64,000 nt of DNA from Stegostoma tigrinum (lineage: Eukaryota): positions 5,315,956 through 5,379,955 of the forward strand of contig NC_081367.1 in NCBI RefSeq assembly GCF_030684315.1. Direction: 5' to 3'. The number at the start of each line of letters is the position of its first letter. Position 1 is the first letter of the stretch. Both the position numbers and the translations under genes were made by a program. This document shows, piece after piece, positions 1 to 12,355 of the stretch. The notes beneath the pieces were generated by a model. It saw nothing but the letters and a program-made list of their open reading frames with translations, ran no database searches and was not told where the DNA came from.

Positions 1-1636
1 GAACTGCAGATGCTGGAGAATCTGAGATAACAAAGTGTGAAGCTGGATGAACACAGCAGGCCAAGCAGCATCTTAGGAGCACAAAAGCTGACGTTTCAGG
101 CCGAGACCCTTCATCAGAGAGGGGGATGGGGAGAGGGTTCTGAAATAAATAGCAAGACGGGGGAGGCGGACTGAAGATGGATAAAGGAGAAGATAGGCGG
201 AGAGGAGAGTATAGGTGGGGAGGTAGGGAGGGGATAGGTCAGACTGGGGAGGATGGACAGGTCAAGGAGGCAGGATGAGGTTAGTAGGTAGGAAATAAGA
301 GATGTGACAAGGTGGCCCCCAAGCCTCCGCTTGGTTTCCCCAATGTAGAGGAAGCCACAACAGGTACAGTGGATGCAGTATACCACATTGGCAGATGTGC
401 AGGTGAACATCTGCTTGATATGGAAAGTCATCTTGGGGCCTGGGATGTGCGCGAAGGAATTTCCATCCCCTATTCCCAATTCCTTCGCCTCTGCCACATC
501 TGCTCCCAGGATGAGGCATTCTACTCCCGCACATCCTAGATGTCTGCATCTTCAAGGACCGCAACTTCCCCCCCGCAGTGGTCGAGAACGCCCTTGACCG
601 GGTCTCTTGCATTTCCCGCAACACATCCCTCACACCCCGCCCCCGCAATAACCGCCCAAAGAGAATCCCCCTTGTTCTCACATACCACCCCACCAACCTC
701 CAGATACAACATATCATCCTCTGACACTTCCGCCATCTACAATCCCAAGACATTTTTCCATCTCCACCCTTGTCTGCCTTCCAGAGAGACCACTCTCTCC
801 AGGACTCCCTTGTCCACTCCACACTCCCCTCCAACCTCACCACACCCAGCACCTTCCCCTGCAACTGCAGGAAGTGCTACACTTGCCTCCACACCTCCTC
901 CCTCACCCCCATCCCAGGCCCCAAGATGACTTTCCATATTCAGCAGATGTTCACCTGCACATCTGCCAATGTGGTATACTGTATCCATTGTACCCGTTGT
1001 GGCTTCCTCTCCATTGGGGAAACCAAGCGGAGGCTTGGGGACTGCTTTGCAGTTCCTCCACTCAGTTCGCAAAAAACAACTGCACCTCCCAGTCGTGAAC
1101 CATTTTAACTCCTCCTCCCATTCCTTAGACGACATGTCCATCCTGGGCCTCCTGCAGTGCCATAATGATGCCACCCAAAGGTTGCAGGAACAGCAACCCA
1201 TATTCCGCTTGGGAACCCTGCAGCCCAATGATATCAATGTGAACGTCACAAGCTTCAAAATCTCCCCTTCCCCCACTGCATCCCAAAACCAGCCCAGCTC
1301 GTCCCCACCTCCCTAACCTGTTCTTCCTCTCACCTATCCCCTCCTCCCACCTCAAGCTGCACCTCTATTTCCTACGTACTAACCTCATACCGCCTCCTTG
1401 ACCTGTCTGTCCTCCCCGGACTTACCTATCCCCTCCCTACCTCCCCACCTATACTCCCCTCTCCACCTATCTTCTCCATCCATCCATCTTCGGTCCACCT
1501 CCCCCTCTCTCCCTATTTATTTCAGAACCCTCTCCCCATCCCCCTCTCTGATGAAGGATCTAGGCCTGAAAGCTTTTGTGCTCCTAAGATGCTGCTTGGC
1601 CTGCTGTGTTCATCCAGCTTCACACTTTGTTATCTC
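1..1636. mobile_element. Penelope-like element (Neptune-type), fold-back copy: - strand arm ~1-447, + strand arm ~456-1636 (RT C-terminus, GIY-YIG, 3' UTR), frameshifted
   Basis: ORF fragments encode CNCRKCYTC and NVVYCIHCTRCGFLSIGET, nearly identical to the intact ORF at 18791-20480. Positions ~25-300 are the reverse complement of ~1365-1636. Confidence 0.9.
88..119 (-). ncRNA. Minimal type I hammerhead ribozyme motif in PLE 3' region
   Basis: Reverse complement reads CT-CTGATGA-AGGGTCTCGGCCT-GAAA-CGTC-AG: CUGANGA and GAAA cores, stem II, GUC cleavage triplet. Confidence 0.75.
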
Positions 1637-3027
1637 GGTGGCTTCACGACCTGTTTGCACTTCAACAAATGTGTAGCTGAGGCATAATGATGAAGCGCTC
1701 ATAAAAGTACAACATAAAAATCAAAACAAGTCATCTTGCTGATGCTCAGAGCATATCTTAAAACAAGGTCATGGAGAAAGCAAAATCATAAGGATTGAGC
1801 TGGAGTTTCACTTCAGCTGGTCCACTCATTTCCAACTAACTGTCCTGCAGTGGAAACAGGAGGGCACTTTAAACAAATCAAGGTCCAAAATGATAGTTAA
1901 CTTCCCAATGCCATTTTCTTCCAATAGCGCCATTCAGGCCATTTCAGTTAACACTCTATTGCAAATGCTTATGTTCCCCACAAGCCTCCTCCCACTTTTT
2001 TCAATCTCTCCTTACATATCCAGTTTCCGCTTGAATTAATCTGCGTTATTCACCTCTAGTACTCTCTTTGATCACGAGTTTCACATTTTAACCCTTCTCT
2101 AGATTGCTTCTCCAGAGCTCCCCACAAATTCATTTGTGAAAATCCCTACTTTCAATTTCCTCCACATGTGAAATCGTCTTCCCTACCCTTATCCTACAGA
2201 CCCCTACTTCTTTTCAGAGTCTTAAAGACCACCATCGGGTCATTTCTTTTCCTTCCCTTTTTTAAAGAAAAGGGCCTCAGACTGTTCAGTTCTGCTCAAT
2301 TCCTCAAACAGTCTACAAACCATGAGTAATACATTTTGGCAAACAGCCACTTCCAAGTTATTTAAAGGGTGCATTGTAGCCACTAGGATGTAAAGCTGAA
2401 AGTACTTTCATTGCTGACTTTTCCTCAACCATTGCTGTGTGTTAAACCTTAACAGTTTCTAATCCTCTATTCAACTATTGTTGTATGTGTTACAGAAGTC
2501 TGGCCTGCCTCAAGGAACAGCTGCTCTGCTCCTCCCTTCCATCCCTCCCTTGTGAGATTTTGGGCTGCAGGCCTGAAAGGTTCATATCTGATAACCTTCA
2601 TTCTAGTAAATCTGAACATTACAATCTCTGTGATGTTAAATGCATCAGGATTGGTACTGTCCCTCCAAAGCTTCTTTGTTTAACAAAGAAGGACACTGGG
2701 ACCAAAGTCCAGTCAATTAATGTTCGATTCATATTGATTTTGGGTTTTCAATATTCCTGAATCAATTTCTAAGATGATTCCATTCCTATAACTGTATTCA
2801 AAAGTCTATTCAATATATTGATCACTGTTGTGTGCAACAGAAACTTCCTAAAAACACAGTGATGCTCTAACATTAGGTTTTCATGTTCGGAGCTGGTGAA
2901 TAAAATATTCTGATTTGGATTTTAAAAATTTCACTCTTGGTTTCGTTGTAAAATCGCATGCTGTTCTTGTGCTGAGCCGAAGGCATCAACTTTTAATTGA
3001 GTAATTATTTTTATTAACCTATTTTTC

Positions 3028-3130
3028 TCATCAATCTGTTCAAAAATATTATTACACACCTCTGCAGCAGATGTGACTTGAACCCTGGCACTTGGTCCAG
3101 GGGTAGGGACATTAACACGGCACCACAAGT
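3028..3130 (-). mobile_element. Short tRNA-derived SINE (~100 bp family; other copies ~13035-13150 + and ~29440-29525 -)
   Basis: Reverse complement has A-box-like GGTGCCGTGTT and B-box-like GGTTCAAGTC; similar to the other two copies. Confidence 0.5.
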
Positions 3131-4699
3131 GGGACCTGTCGATAACTATATTCAGGTGGATTTAGTTGTTCCTTGAGCTATCCTCTGTTAGCTCTGTCAG
3201 TGGAGCATGGGCCAGTGAATCTCAGCATTTTGGTTCAACCTCCATGTTTGACACCTGGGATTGGAATTAAAGCTGGGCAATAAATGCTGGGCAGGCCAGT
3301 GATGCTCACATTCCATGAACAAACTGGACATCTTGGTGCTTATATAAATGCAAATCGTCCTTCCTTTCTTTTGGGTGTGTTGTGAACAGAGGATTGATGA
3401 TGTATTGGTAGTTTACAAGAGCCTGCCTGCCAATGTATCACTGCAGATGTGGTTGGGTGGGGTAGTAGTGGTGGTAGGGTTAATCTTGCCATTTTGAGCT
3501 CTGGCTGAAGACCAATGTCATCCCCTTGAAGTATTGAAAACTGCTATGAGAATATTCCAAAAGAAAAATAGCATGTTAATTCATGTGATTTTTCTGGATT
3601 TGGCATAAAGAGTCTTGTTTTAAAGGAGAGCGTTAATATTCTATGGAAACTCTTGATGACTTGCAGGTGTATTAAACTTTTAATGCTGTTTCTTGTAAGA
3701 ACGCATTCCACCATTCACAGAATCTCTACAATGCAGAAAGAGGCCATTTAGCCCATCAAGTCCACACCAACCTCTGAAGAGCATCCCACCCAGACTCACC
3801 CCTTTATTCAATCAGTCTACTGCAGGCTCTGGGGGAAAGCTCTGAGCAAACCCACATAAAAATTACCTGAAGCTAGACTTAAGTCAATTTAATTCCAGGC
3901 ACCTAAGATCAAAGCTGAACCAGGACAAAGAGAAAAACATTTTGGAAAATCTAAGAAACTAGGAGTGAAATCTGTGGTATTATGGAAGAAAATACAGGGT
4001 GGAAAATCAGGAAGAATATCTGGATGCATATTCAGTAGTAACCTACAGAAGGAAATTAGTTAAAACCTCAAAAAAAGGTAAATTTGTAGGGCAATGGGAA
4101 ACGAGCAGGAGGAGGAGAGCTATTTGCAAGGTTCTTTTTAAGGTGCTAATATGAGCACAATGGTTTATATGGCCAGCCTGTACTGTATGATTTATTACTT
4201 TTCTCTGTCTAAACAAATCTCTATGTGAATGAGTCATCCTGGAAAGAAGGAACCCAAGAATCCACCTCCTCAGTGGAGCTTCCCACCCTCTTCCCCAAAA
4301 ATAATGGTGGGCCCATACATCCTTTGTTAGAAATTCAGGAGAATGGAAGATATGATATGCATCATCCCCCATTCCACAGGGACTAGAAACTATCAATATA
4401 GTGTGCACCAGGATCTGCAGTGATAATCCTTCCACAAAAACACAATCAAAATATTTTCACTTCTCAGTCTATCAATTTCCCATTTCCTTTGACTTTACAA
4501 AGATCCCAAACTAAAGAGGAACACCTCAGGGTTCACCTACTAATCTTTCCATTGAAACCCATTGTCCAAAGACCTCAACTTCCAAATGGCTAGTTATTTT
4601 CTCCCCCCACTATATCTTTCAGCTATCAATCTGTGTAAATATACTTCCTTGAGACCAGGCCTGTACTTGTTCTTTAAATTTATGCTGATGTTATTTTTT

Positions 4700-5503
4700 G
4701 GCATGTGCAGTTCAACTTGAGAAAATGCCTTACAGCGATCTGTTCTGCACTGATCGGCTGCAAAAATAGAGGCATACACTATTTAATAAATGGGAAGAAA
4801 TTTCAGAAACCTGAAATGCAAAGGGACTTGGGAGTCCTAGTCCAGGAGGACTTGCAGATTGAGTCGGTACTCAGGAAGGCAAATACAATGTTGGCATTTA
4901 TTTCGAGAGGGGCTAGAATATAAAAGCAGGGATGTACATCTGAGGCTTTATGAGGGTGTGGTCAGACCACGTCTAAAATATTGTGAGCAATTTTGGGCCC
5001 CATATCTCAGGAAGTATGTACTGGCCCTGGAGTGGGTCCAGACGAAGTTCATGAGAGTGGTTCCAGGCTTAACATATGAGGAACATTTGAGGACTCTGGA
5101 TCTATACTTGATGAAATTTAGAAGGATGAGGGGGGGGGGGATCTAATTGAAATGTACAGAATACTGAAACACCTGGATAAAGTGAACATCGGGAATATGT
5201 TTCCATTAGCAGGACCCAAGGGCACACCCTTAAAGGGAGATGCTTTAGAACGGAGATGAGGAGAAACTTCTTCTGCCAGAGAGTGGTGAATCTATGGAAC
5301 TCACAGCCACAGAAGGCTGTGGAAGCCAGGTTATTGAGTATATTTAAGACAGAGACAGAGAGGTTCTTGATTGTTAAGGGGATCAAAGGTTACGTGAAGA
5401 AGGCAGGAGAATGGGGTTGGGAAATTTATCTGCCATGATTAAATGGTGGAGCAGTCTCAATAGGCCGAATGGCCTAATTTCTGCCCTTGTGTCTTATGGT
5501 CTT
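4700..5503 (+). mobile_element. CR1-type LINE 3' fragment
   Basis: Degenerate CR1 ORF2 C-terminus (VRPRLKYCEQFWAPYLRK; RRNFFCQRVVNLWNS) and TCTTATGGTCTT tail. Confidence 0.85.
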
Positions 5504-5586
5504 ACGGGAAAAATGAATTTCTACAGTCACTATAGTGTTGGACTCAGGCTACAGGAGGAAAGGATGAGTGTGAGACACATAGGTGC

Positions 5587-5609
5587 AGAGAGAGAGAGAG
5601 AGAGAGAGA
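5587..5609 (+). repeat. (AG)n microsatellite
   Basis: About 11 AG units seen directly. Confidence 0.95.
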
Positions 5610-6039
5610 AGCATGTTGCAGATTGGCAGAGCCAACAGAAAAAGGAAGGGAAGGAAAGACATAGATCAAAGAGAAAGTGAGAGGGCAGAGAGGGACTGTG
5701 GGGGAAAGGAAGAAAGATTGAGTGTAAATACATCTTTAAAGCTCCTTCTTAGTCACCTCTTTTAAAGTGTTTTTTTCCCTCATAACACGGGACAGAGGTC
5801 TGCCCCATGGTACTTTCTCACACCACCTCCATGTTTTCTTTACGAACCATGCTGAACACAGTGGTCGATATACAGCTCAGGTACAAAACTGTACAGGCTC
5901 AGGCTCAGGCTCATAATTCACTGATTTTACAAGAAGAGAGAACATTGTGACCTTACGTTGCTGGGTATAGCCGGAAGGTGGAGGAGAGCAGCTTAGATAT
6001 TTGGGTTCAGACAGCCCTTTAGCCGTCATTTGAAAATCA

Positions 6040-9000
6040 TATGAACACAGGAATTAGGAGCGGAAGTAGGCCATCTGGCCCCCACAAGCCTGCTCTGCCA
6101 TTCCACAAGATCCTGGCTGATCTGTCTGCATTCTAAATTCCTTGTTCTTGTCTACCCTAGATAATCTTTAATTTCCCTGCCCAAAAAGAATCATCCAACT
6201 CTTCCTTAAAAAATATTTAATGACCAACCTCCTCCACCTTCTGAGGCAGAGAGTTCCAAAGTCACAAACCTCAGACAGATTGTTTTTCTCATCTCTACCC
6301 TTAAAGTGCAATCCTAATTTTTAAAATGTCTCCCAATTCTGGATTCATCCTCAGGAGGAAACATTCACCTTGTCAAGACCACTCAAGATGTCATAAACTT
6401 CAATCAAGACATCCGTCACTCTTCCAAACTCCAGTGGAAATAAGCCCAGCCTGAACAATTTTTCCTCATAAGTGTCTTCTCGTTCCAATTATCAATTACA
6501 CGCAACGGTCATGATGAGGTCTCACCAGTGCCCTGGACAACTGAAGCATAACCTTGCTTTAATGTTCAATTCTTAGAATGAACAGCATTCCATTAGCCTT
6601 GTTAATCATTTGCAATACCTGTTTACCAACTTTTTTGTGGTTCATGCATTAATACCTAGATCCAACCCTCTGCACATTAGCATTCCGAAGTCATTCTCCA
6701 TTGAAGTAATACTTTGCTATTTATTCTTCCTGCCAAAATGAACAATTTCATATTTCCCTACATTATATGCTGTCTCACTCAGCCTATCTTCATGTGTCTG
6801 CATCTTTCTTATCCCTTCTTCAGAACATACTTTCCAACCTATCTTAGTGTCATCTGTATATTTAGCCACCATGCTTTCGATCCCCTCTTCTAGTTCACTG
6901 GTATAAACTGTAAATAATGAGAGCCCAGCAAAGATCCCTGCAGGACCCCACCCCACTCATCATATCCTGTCAATCTGAAAAAAGGCTCATTCATGCATAT
7001 TCTGTTTTCTGTCTGTCAGCAAACCTTCTATTCATGCCGGTATGCTACCCCCTATATCTTGAACTCCTACTTCGTTCAAAAGGCTCCCCCTTCATCCACC
7101 AGCGCACATTACTCCTTCAGAGAATTTCAGTCAATTGCTCAAACATGATTTCCTTTGAACAAAACCATGCTAACTCTTCCTAGTTTTTCCCAAGTGCCTG
7201 GTCATTACCTCAAGCTAACTAGAGTACATATTGCCATTTACTGTCTCCTTTCTTTCTTAAGTAGGGGCCTTATATTTTGTGACCTTTCAGGCTGATGGAA
7301 CTTTTTTCAAAACCTAATGAATTCTGGAAAATTAACACCAACACAACAACTACTATTTTATTAGTCAAATCTGTTAAAATCCTAGGATGGAGTCCATCTG
7401 GACCCAGGGTCCACGGAAGGTGAGGTCCCCTCCTTGGAATTTTTCTTTGTAGTAGGAATGTACTTATCCTCAGTATTCTGAAATATCCTTTTAAACGTCT
7501 GCAAATGGTTTTCTACTGATCTGTCTCCAAACCCAATATTCCAGTCCACTTCAGCAAGCTCACCTTTCGTGCCTACATCATTGGCCTTATTTCAGTTTAA
7601 AACACCCACACTTCCATTTAAACTTAAAATAAAATTTAATCATAGAGGTGTATTTACTCTGAGGTTATTAATTTATCCCATCATTGTATACAATTCCAAG
7701 CACAGCCTGTCCTCTGATCAGTTACAATATGTGCTACTCCAAGAAAATACCTCAAAAACATTTATGAACTTCTCACTGTGAGACTCCTGTTGCCAGTCTG
7801 ACTTTTCCAGTTTACAGGTAGATTAAAATCACCTATGAATGTTGATATTTCTTTATCATAAGTACCCAATATTTCTTCATGTATACTCCTTCCTATGTTA
7901 TGGTTACTGTTCAGGGTAGATTTTTTCCACTCTTGACCCCTTTCCCCAGACAAGATTCTTAGAGGACTTATGGAAATCGTGTTTATCCTTGAGGGAGCGT
8001 GTAGGACTGCAAGGCATAATCCCAGAATAAGGGAGTCGCATATTTAAGACAGAGATGAGAAGGAATTTCCTCTCTCAAAGGCTAGTCAATCTGTGGAATT
8101 TCTTTACCACAAGAGGGCTGAAGAGCCTGGGCCATTAAGTATATTCAAGGCTGAGATAAACAGATTTATAATCGGTAAGGGAATTGAGGATTATAGGAAA
8201 GGCAGAAAAAGTGGAGTTGGAGATAATGAGCCATGATCACATAGAATGGCAAAGCAGATTCAATAAGCCAAATGGCCCACTTCAGCTCCAATGTCTCACA
8301 GTCTTATTATTCCTCATCTCCACCCAATCTGCTTCCACATCCTGATCTGCTGAACAAAAGTCTTTGATAAAAAGTGCTCTCCTCCACTTTTATCTCACTT
8401 CTCACTGTTCTTGAATGTCAGATCTCTCTCAGTGTTCAGGACCCAATCCTTGTCATCCTGCAGCCACTTTACACTAATGGCTATCAGATTATATTCACGC
8501 ACTACAATGTGTGATATCAATTAATTTACTTTGTTATGAATGCGAGACACATTCAGATGTTGAACATTTGGTGATTTTGTTGTCTTTGCTATATCTAGTC
8601 TCGACAGCTGGTAGAGTATTACATTTTTCTCTGGTTCCTTCCTGCCATTCTCTGACCTTCACTTTTCACATTAGTGTTTTGATCACCTTTGCTTCAACTC
8701 TATCTTTGCTTTATTATTTACTCAAGCTTGATCCCTCAGTCTTCCTTGTTTAGTTTGAAGCCTACTTACTTCCTTACTTACACAGCTGGAGAACACCAAT
8801 CCCAGCAAGGTTCATGTGTAGACTGTCCCCATTGGTGCAGATCTCACTTTCCGTAGAGCTGTGTCAGTGCCCCACAATCCAGAATTCATTCTGCCTGTAC
8901 AAGTCTCTAATTTTATTCATTCTCTGGCAATTTACATGTGGCTCAAGTGAAAGTCCAGAAATTACTACTTTTGAAGTTCTGCTTTTTTTTAAGTTAGTAC

Positions 9001-9620
9001 CTAATTTCTCATGTTCCTTCAGCAGAACTTGTTTCCTGTTTCCACTAATGCCATTGGTATCAACATGAGCCGCAATTGCTGACTCCTCCCTTTTCAACTG
9101 TAAGTTCTTCTCCAGCCTAGAGGAGATATCCTGCACCCCGGCACCAGGCAGACCAGCCTGCCATCTGAACTTGAAATTTTTGCTGCAGAAAACAGTGTCA
9201 ATCCACCCCGCTGTACTCTCTCCTTGGTCCCGTTCCCTCTCATGAATGACTTCTTGTGCAATGGTGCCACGGTCAGTTAGCGCACCCACCCTGCAGTCCT
9301 CACTCTCAACCTAACAAGCTGAAAAGAAACACCAAAGCCGTTGGACAATTCCTGTGCTCCTCCCATCTGGGTCCTCTTACCAGGTTCTCTCACATTGACA
9401 CTTTCCTGTCCTTAACCACTGAACAAACCAGAAGGCATATCCATAGTTGTGTGAGTGCCACCTGGAATAAAGCATCCATGTAACTTTCCCCCTCTCTGGT
9501 CTGCCACAGTACATGCAGCTTGGCCTGTAAGTCATTAGCTCTGAAGCTACGGCAGCCACAAGCACTTACTTCAGATATGTTTGCCCTCGATCATACCAGA
9601 AGCTCCCACATTCTGCAACT
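6040..9620 (-). mobile_element. Old degenerate CR1 LINE including ORF1 (SGNH/esterase-like) and ORF2 remnants, interrupted by a + strand CR1 3' fragment at ~7955-8305
   Basis: ORF 8864-9289 (LPGAGVQDIS...HVDTNGI...KSRTSKVVISGL) resembles CR1 ORF1 esterase; 7762-7953 contains IGDFNLP (APE); 6717-6956 contains KYTDDTK (RT). Confidence 0.75.
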
Positions 9621-10002
9621 GTAGCACTTTATCTGCCATGCCACTTCTAATGTACAATAGTTAGTTAACTGTTAATTAATTTATAATTAATACAGCCTTC
9701 CATCTCCCAATATGTTTTAGTGCTGCCAGCAAATTTTACAACCCTTAAAACCAGATGATCCTTTAATGCTGATAGAGTCCACAGTTTTAATAAAACCAGG
9801 TGCTATATCAGCTCCTCCACTGCACAAAATCAGAAATCAAATGCTGGAGGCTTGAAAAAAAATAGAATAGAAGAGAAAAAAGCACCTCCTTCCCATCCTT
9901 CAGCAAACTCCCAGTCAGCACACTTTATTTCTGCCAGACAACCTTATTTAAAGCACCTCTTTTCCAATTTGCCACTTTGAACCAAATTCCCAGATATAAT
10001 CA

Positions 10003-10219
10003 AAGATAACAAAGTGTGGGGCTGGATGAACACAGCAGACCAAGCAGCATCTTGGGAGCACAAAAGCTGATGTTTCGGGCCTAGACCCTTCATCAGAGAG
10101 TCTAGGTCCAAAACGTCAGCATTTGTGCTCCTAAGATGCTGCTTGGCCTGTTGTGTTCATCCAGCCTCACATTTTGTTATCTTGGATTCTCCAGCATCTG
10201 CAGTTCCCATTATCTCAGA
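10003..10219. mobile_element. Miniature fold-back PLE insertion (two inverted 3' ends) with 15-bp TSD
   Basis: Arms ~10003-10098 and ~10100-10219 are inverted. Flanks TCCCAGATATAATCA (9988-10002) and TCCCAGATATTATCA (10220-10234). Confidence 0.85.
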
Positions 10220-10524
10220 TCCCAGATATTATCACTTGTCTGAAGTCTCCCTCACATTGACCATGAGCTTTAAAATTCTTTTTCTTACGCCAAGCTGTGA
10301 TAAGTCACTCTCTAGCTTAACTTCCGGCTACAGTAAATCAACATCTATCTGCCATAGGATTTCAGGTGATTGATAGATAACTGCCACAATGAGGAAGCTC
10401 CCTGCATGACTCAGTCACACCGACTTTGCCCTTACTGACTGCCAGACAAGTTTCAGATTAATGTTGCCAGATGGCATACCCCACATGGCAGCACAAAATC
10501 ATAAACAATCCTCTGTACTGCAGC

Positions 10525-10725
10525 TGAGATAGCGAGATGTAGAGCTGGATGAACACAGCAGGCCAAGCAGCATCAGAGGAGCAGGAAAGCTAACGTTTCA
10601 GGTCTGGACCTTTCTTCAGAAACGTCAGCCTTCCTGCTCCGCTGATGCTGCTTGTCCTGCTGTGTTCATCCAGCTCTACACCTTGTTGTATCAGATTCTC
10701 CAGCATCTGCAGTTCCTACTATCTC
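10525..10725. mobile_element. Miniature fold-back PLE insertion with ~9-bp TSD
   Basis: Inverted arms join at ~10619. Flanks TACTGCAGC (10516-10524) and TATTGCAGC (10726-10734). Confidence 0.8.
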
Positions 10726-11092
10726 TATTGCAGCATTGTGTTTGCTTTCTTGATTGGTGCATTGTAACGATGAAATGAAGCTTTAAGCTACAACTGATTT
10801 GTTGGCGTCCTCTGTAACTCAGACGACATCATCAGGTTTGAATCTGCAAATTCCAAGCCTTGCCACAGTTTAGTGAAAAACGTGCATTGACTTTCTGATT
10901 TTAGATTATTTCGAATCTCCTTTCCATCTCTGTCCATAACTTGTTCTGAACATTTCCATCACATGCTCTTCTCTTCCCTTTCCTGTCAACCTGATTCTGA
11001 CTATTCAACTCTCCTGACTCCATTGCCATCATCAAGAATCCTGATTCCTTTCTGTCCCTGATTCTCCTGTGCTCCTGTGATAGTAAACTTAC

Positions 11093-11315
11093 CCAAGTGA
11101 AGAAGTGCGGCTGAAACCTCAGTAAGTTTGCTCGCTGGACTAGAAACTGCAGGCTCTGGTTTACTCCAGACGATACCAGCTCTGATCAGGCGGGAATGGA
11201 TGTAATCTCGGCACAGCGCTTTCGCTTGAGAAATGAGCTCTTTCTCAGGGGGAAAGCGGTCAAAAACATCCATCACTTCAGCAGCAAAGACGGAGGAACG
11301 TCGAAGCATCTCCAT
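11093..11315 (-). CDS. BOK: BCL2-family apoptosis regulator BOK, first coding exon (74 codons + 1 nt)
   Basis: Translates MEMLRRSSVFAAEVMDVFDRFPPEKELISQAKALCRDYIHSRLIRAGIVWSKPEP...LTEVSAALLHL(G), recognisably the BOK N-terminus up to BH3. Acceptor ttttctgcag directly precedes the ATG; donor GTAAGT at 11092-11087, phase 1. Confidence 0.95.
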
Positions 11316-11584
11316 CTGCAGAAAAGCAACATTGCGATTAGATAATACCTGAGCTACACTAGACAATGTCACCACGAAGGTCTACAGAGTGGCGACAGAA
11401 AAGGGTGCATAACATACAGGGTAAGAGTTAGGTGTTTAGTGCATGTGAGACATTCTGATAAGCAACAGTGTGTCAAACTAAAATTTGGTTGAATTAAACT
11501 TAAAAACTTTAAAACTGCAAGTTACTCAGTTTTGAGCACAAACTGCCCATCAGCGCTGGTTAACTGTCAATCAGCTGGAAGTGT

Positions 11585-12355
11585 CACACAGCCATACAGC
11601 ACAGAAACAGACCCTTTGAAAATAATCCCAAACTAAACTAGACCTGCCTGCCTGGGCTTTGCCCATACCCTCCAAACATTTCTTATTTATGTACTTCACT
11701 AAATGTCTTTTAAATATTGCAACTGTACATGCATCCACCACGTCCTCTGCAAGTTAATTCCATACATGAACCACTTTCTGTGTAAAAAAGTTGCCCCTCA
11801 TATATTTTTTAAATGTTTCTCCTCTCACCTTATAAATATACCCCCAGTCTTGAAATTCCCACCCTAGGGAAAAGACACCTGCCGTTCCCCTTACCTATGC
11901 CCCACATGATTTTCAAAAGTCACCCATCGACCTCCTACGTTCCAGTGAAAAAAGTCGCAGCCTATTCAGCCTCTCTTTATAACTCAAACCCTCCATTCCC
12001 AGCAACATCCTGGTAAATGTTTTCTGAACCCTCTCCAGCTTAATAATATCTTTCCTATAACAGGGTGACCAGAACTGGACACATTACTCCAGAAGAGACC
12101 TCACCAACATCCTGTACAGCCTCAACATGATGTCCCACCTGCTACACTCACCATGTCTGAGCAATAAAGGCAGGCTACTAATTGCCTTCTTAACCACCCT
12201 GCCTACATATGATGCTAAGCTCAAAAAATTCTGTCCCCAAACCCCTAGGTGTCTGTTTTACAACACTATCCAAAGCCCTATATTTAATTATGTAAGTCCT
12301 GCCCTCGTTTGTTTAACAAAAATGCAACACCTCACATTTATCCAAATTAAACTCA
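11585..12355 (-). mobile_element. CR1-type LINE 3' fragment
   Basis: Similar to the other CR1 3' ends in the window; the reverse strand encodes the VQFWSP motif. Confidence 0.75.

Noticed and set aside
1637-10000. Downstream BOK exons (GDELE..., ITWGK...)
   Set aside because: Scanned by eye on the - strand without a match; they probably lie left of the window, though a miss cannot be excluded.
11001-11375. ORF-track 124-aa product as a complete protein
   Set aside because: Both ends read through splice sites; only 11093-11315 is BOK coding sequence.
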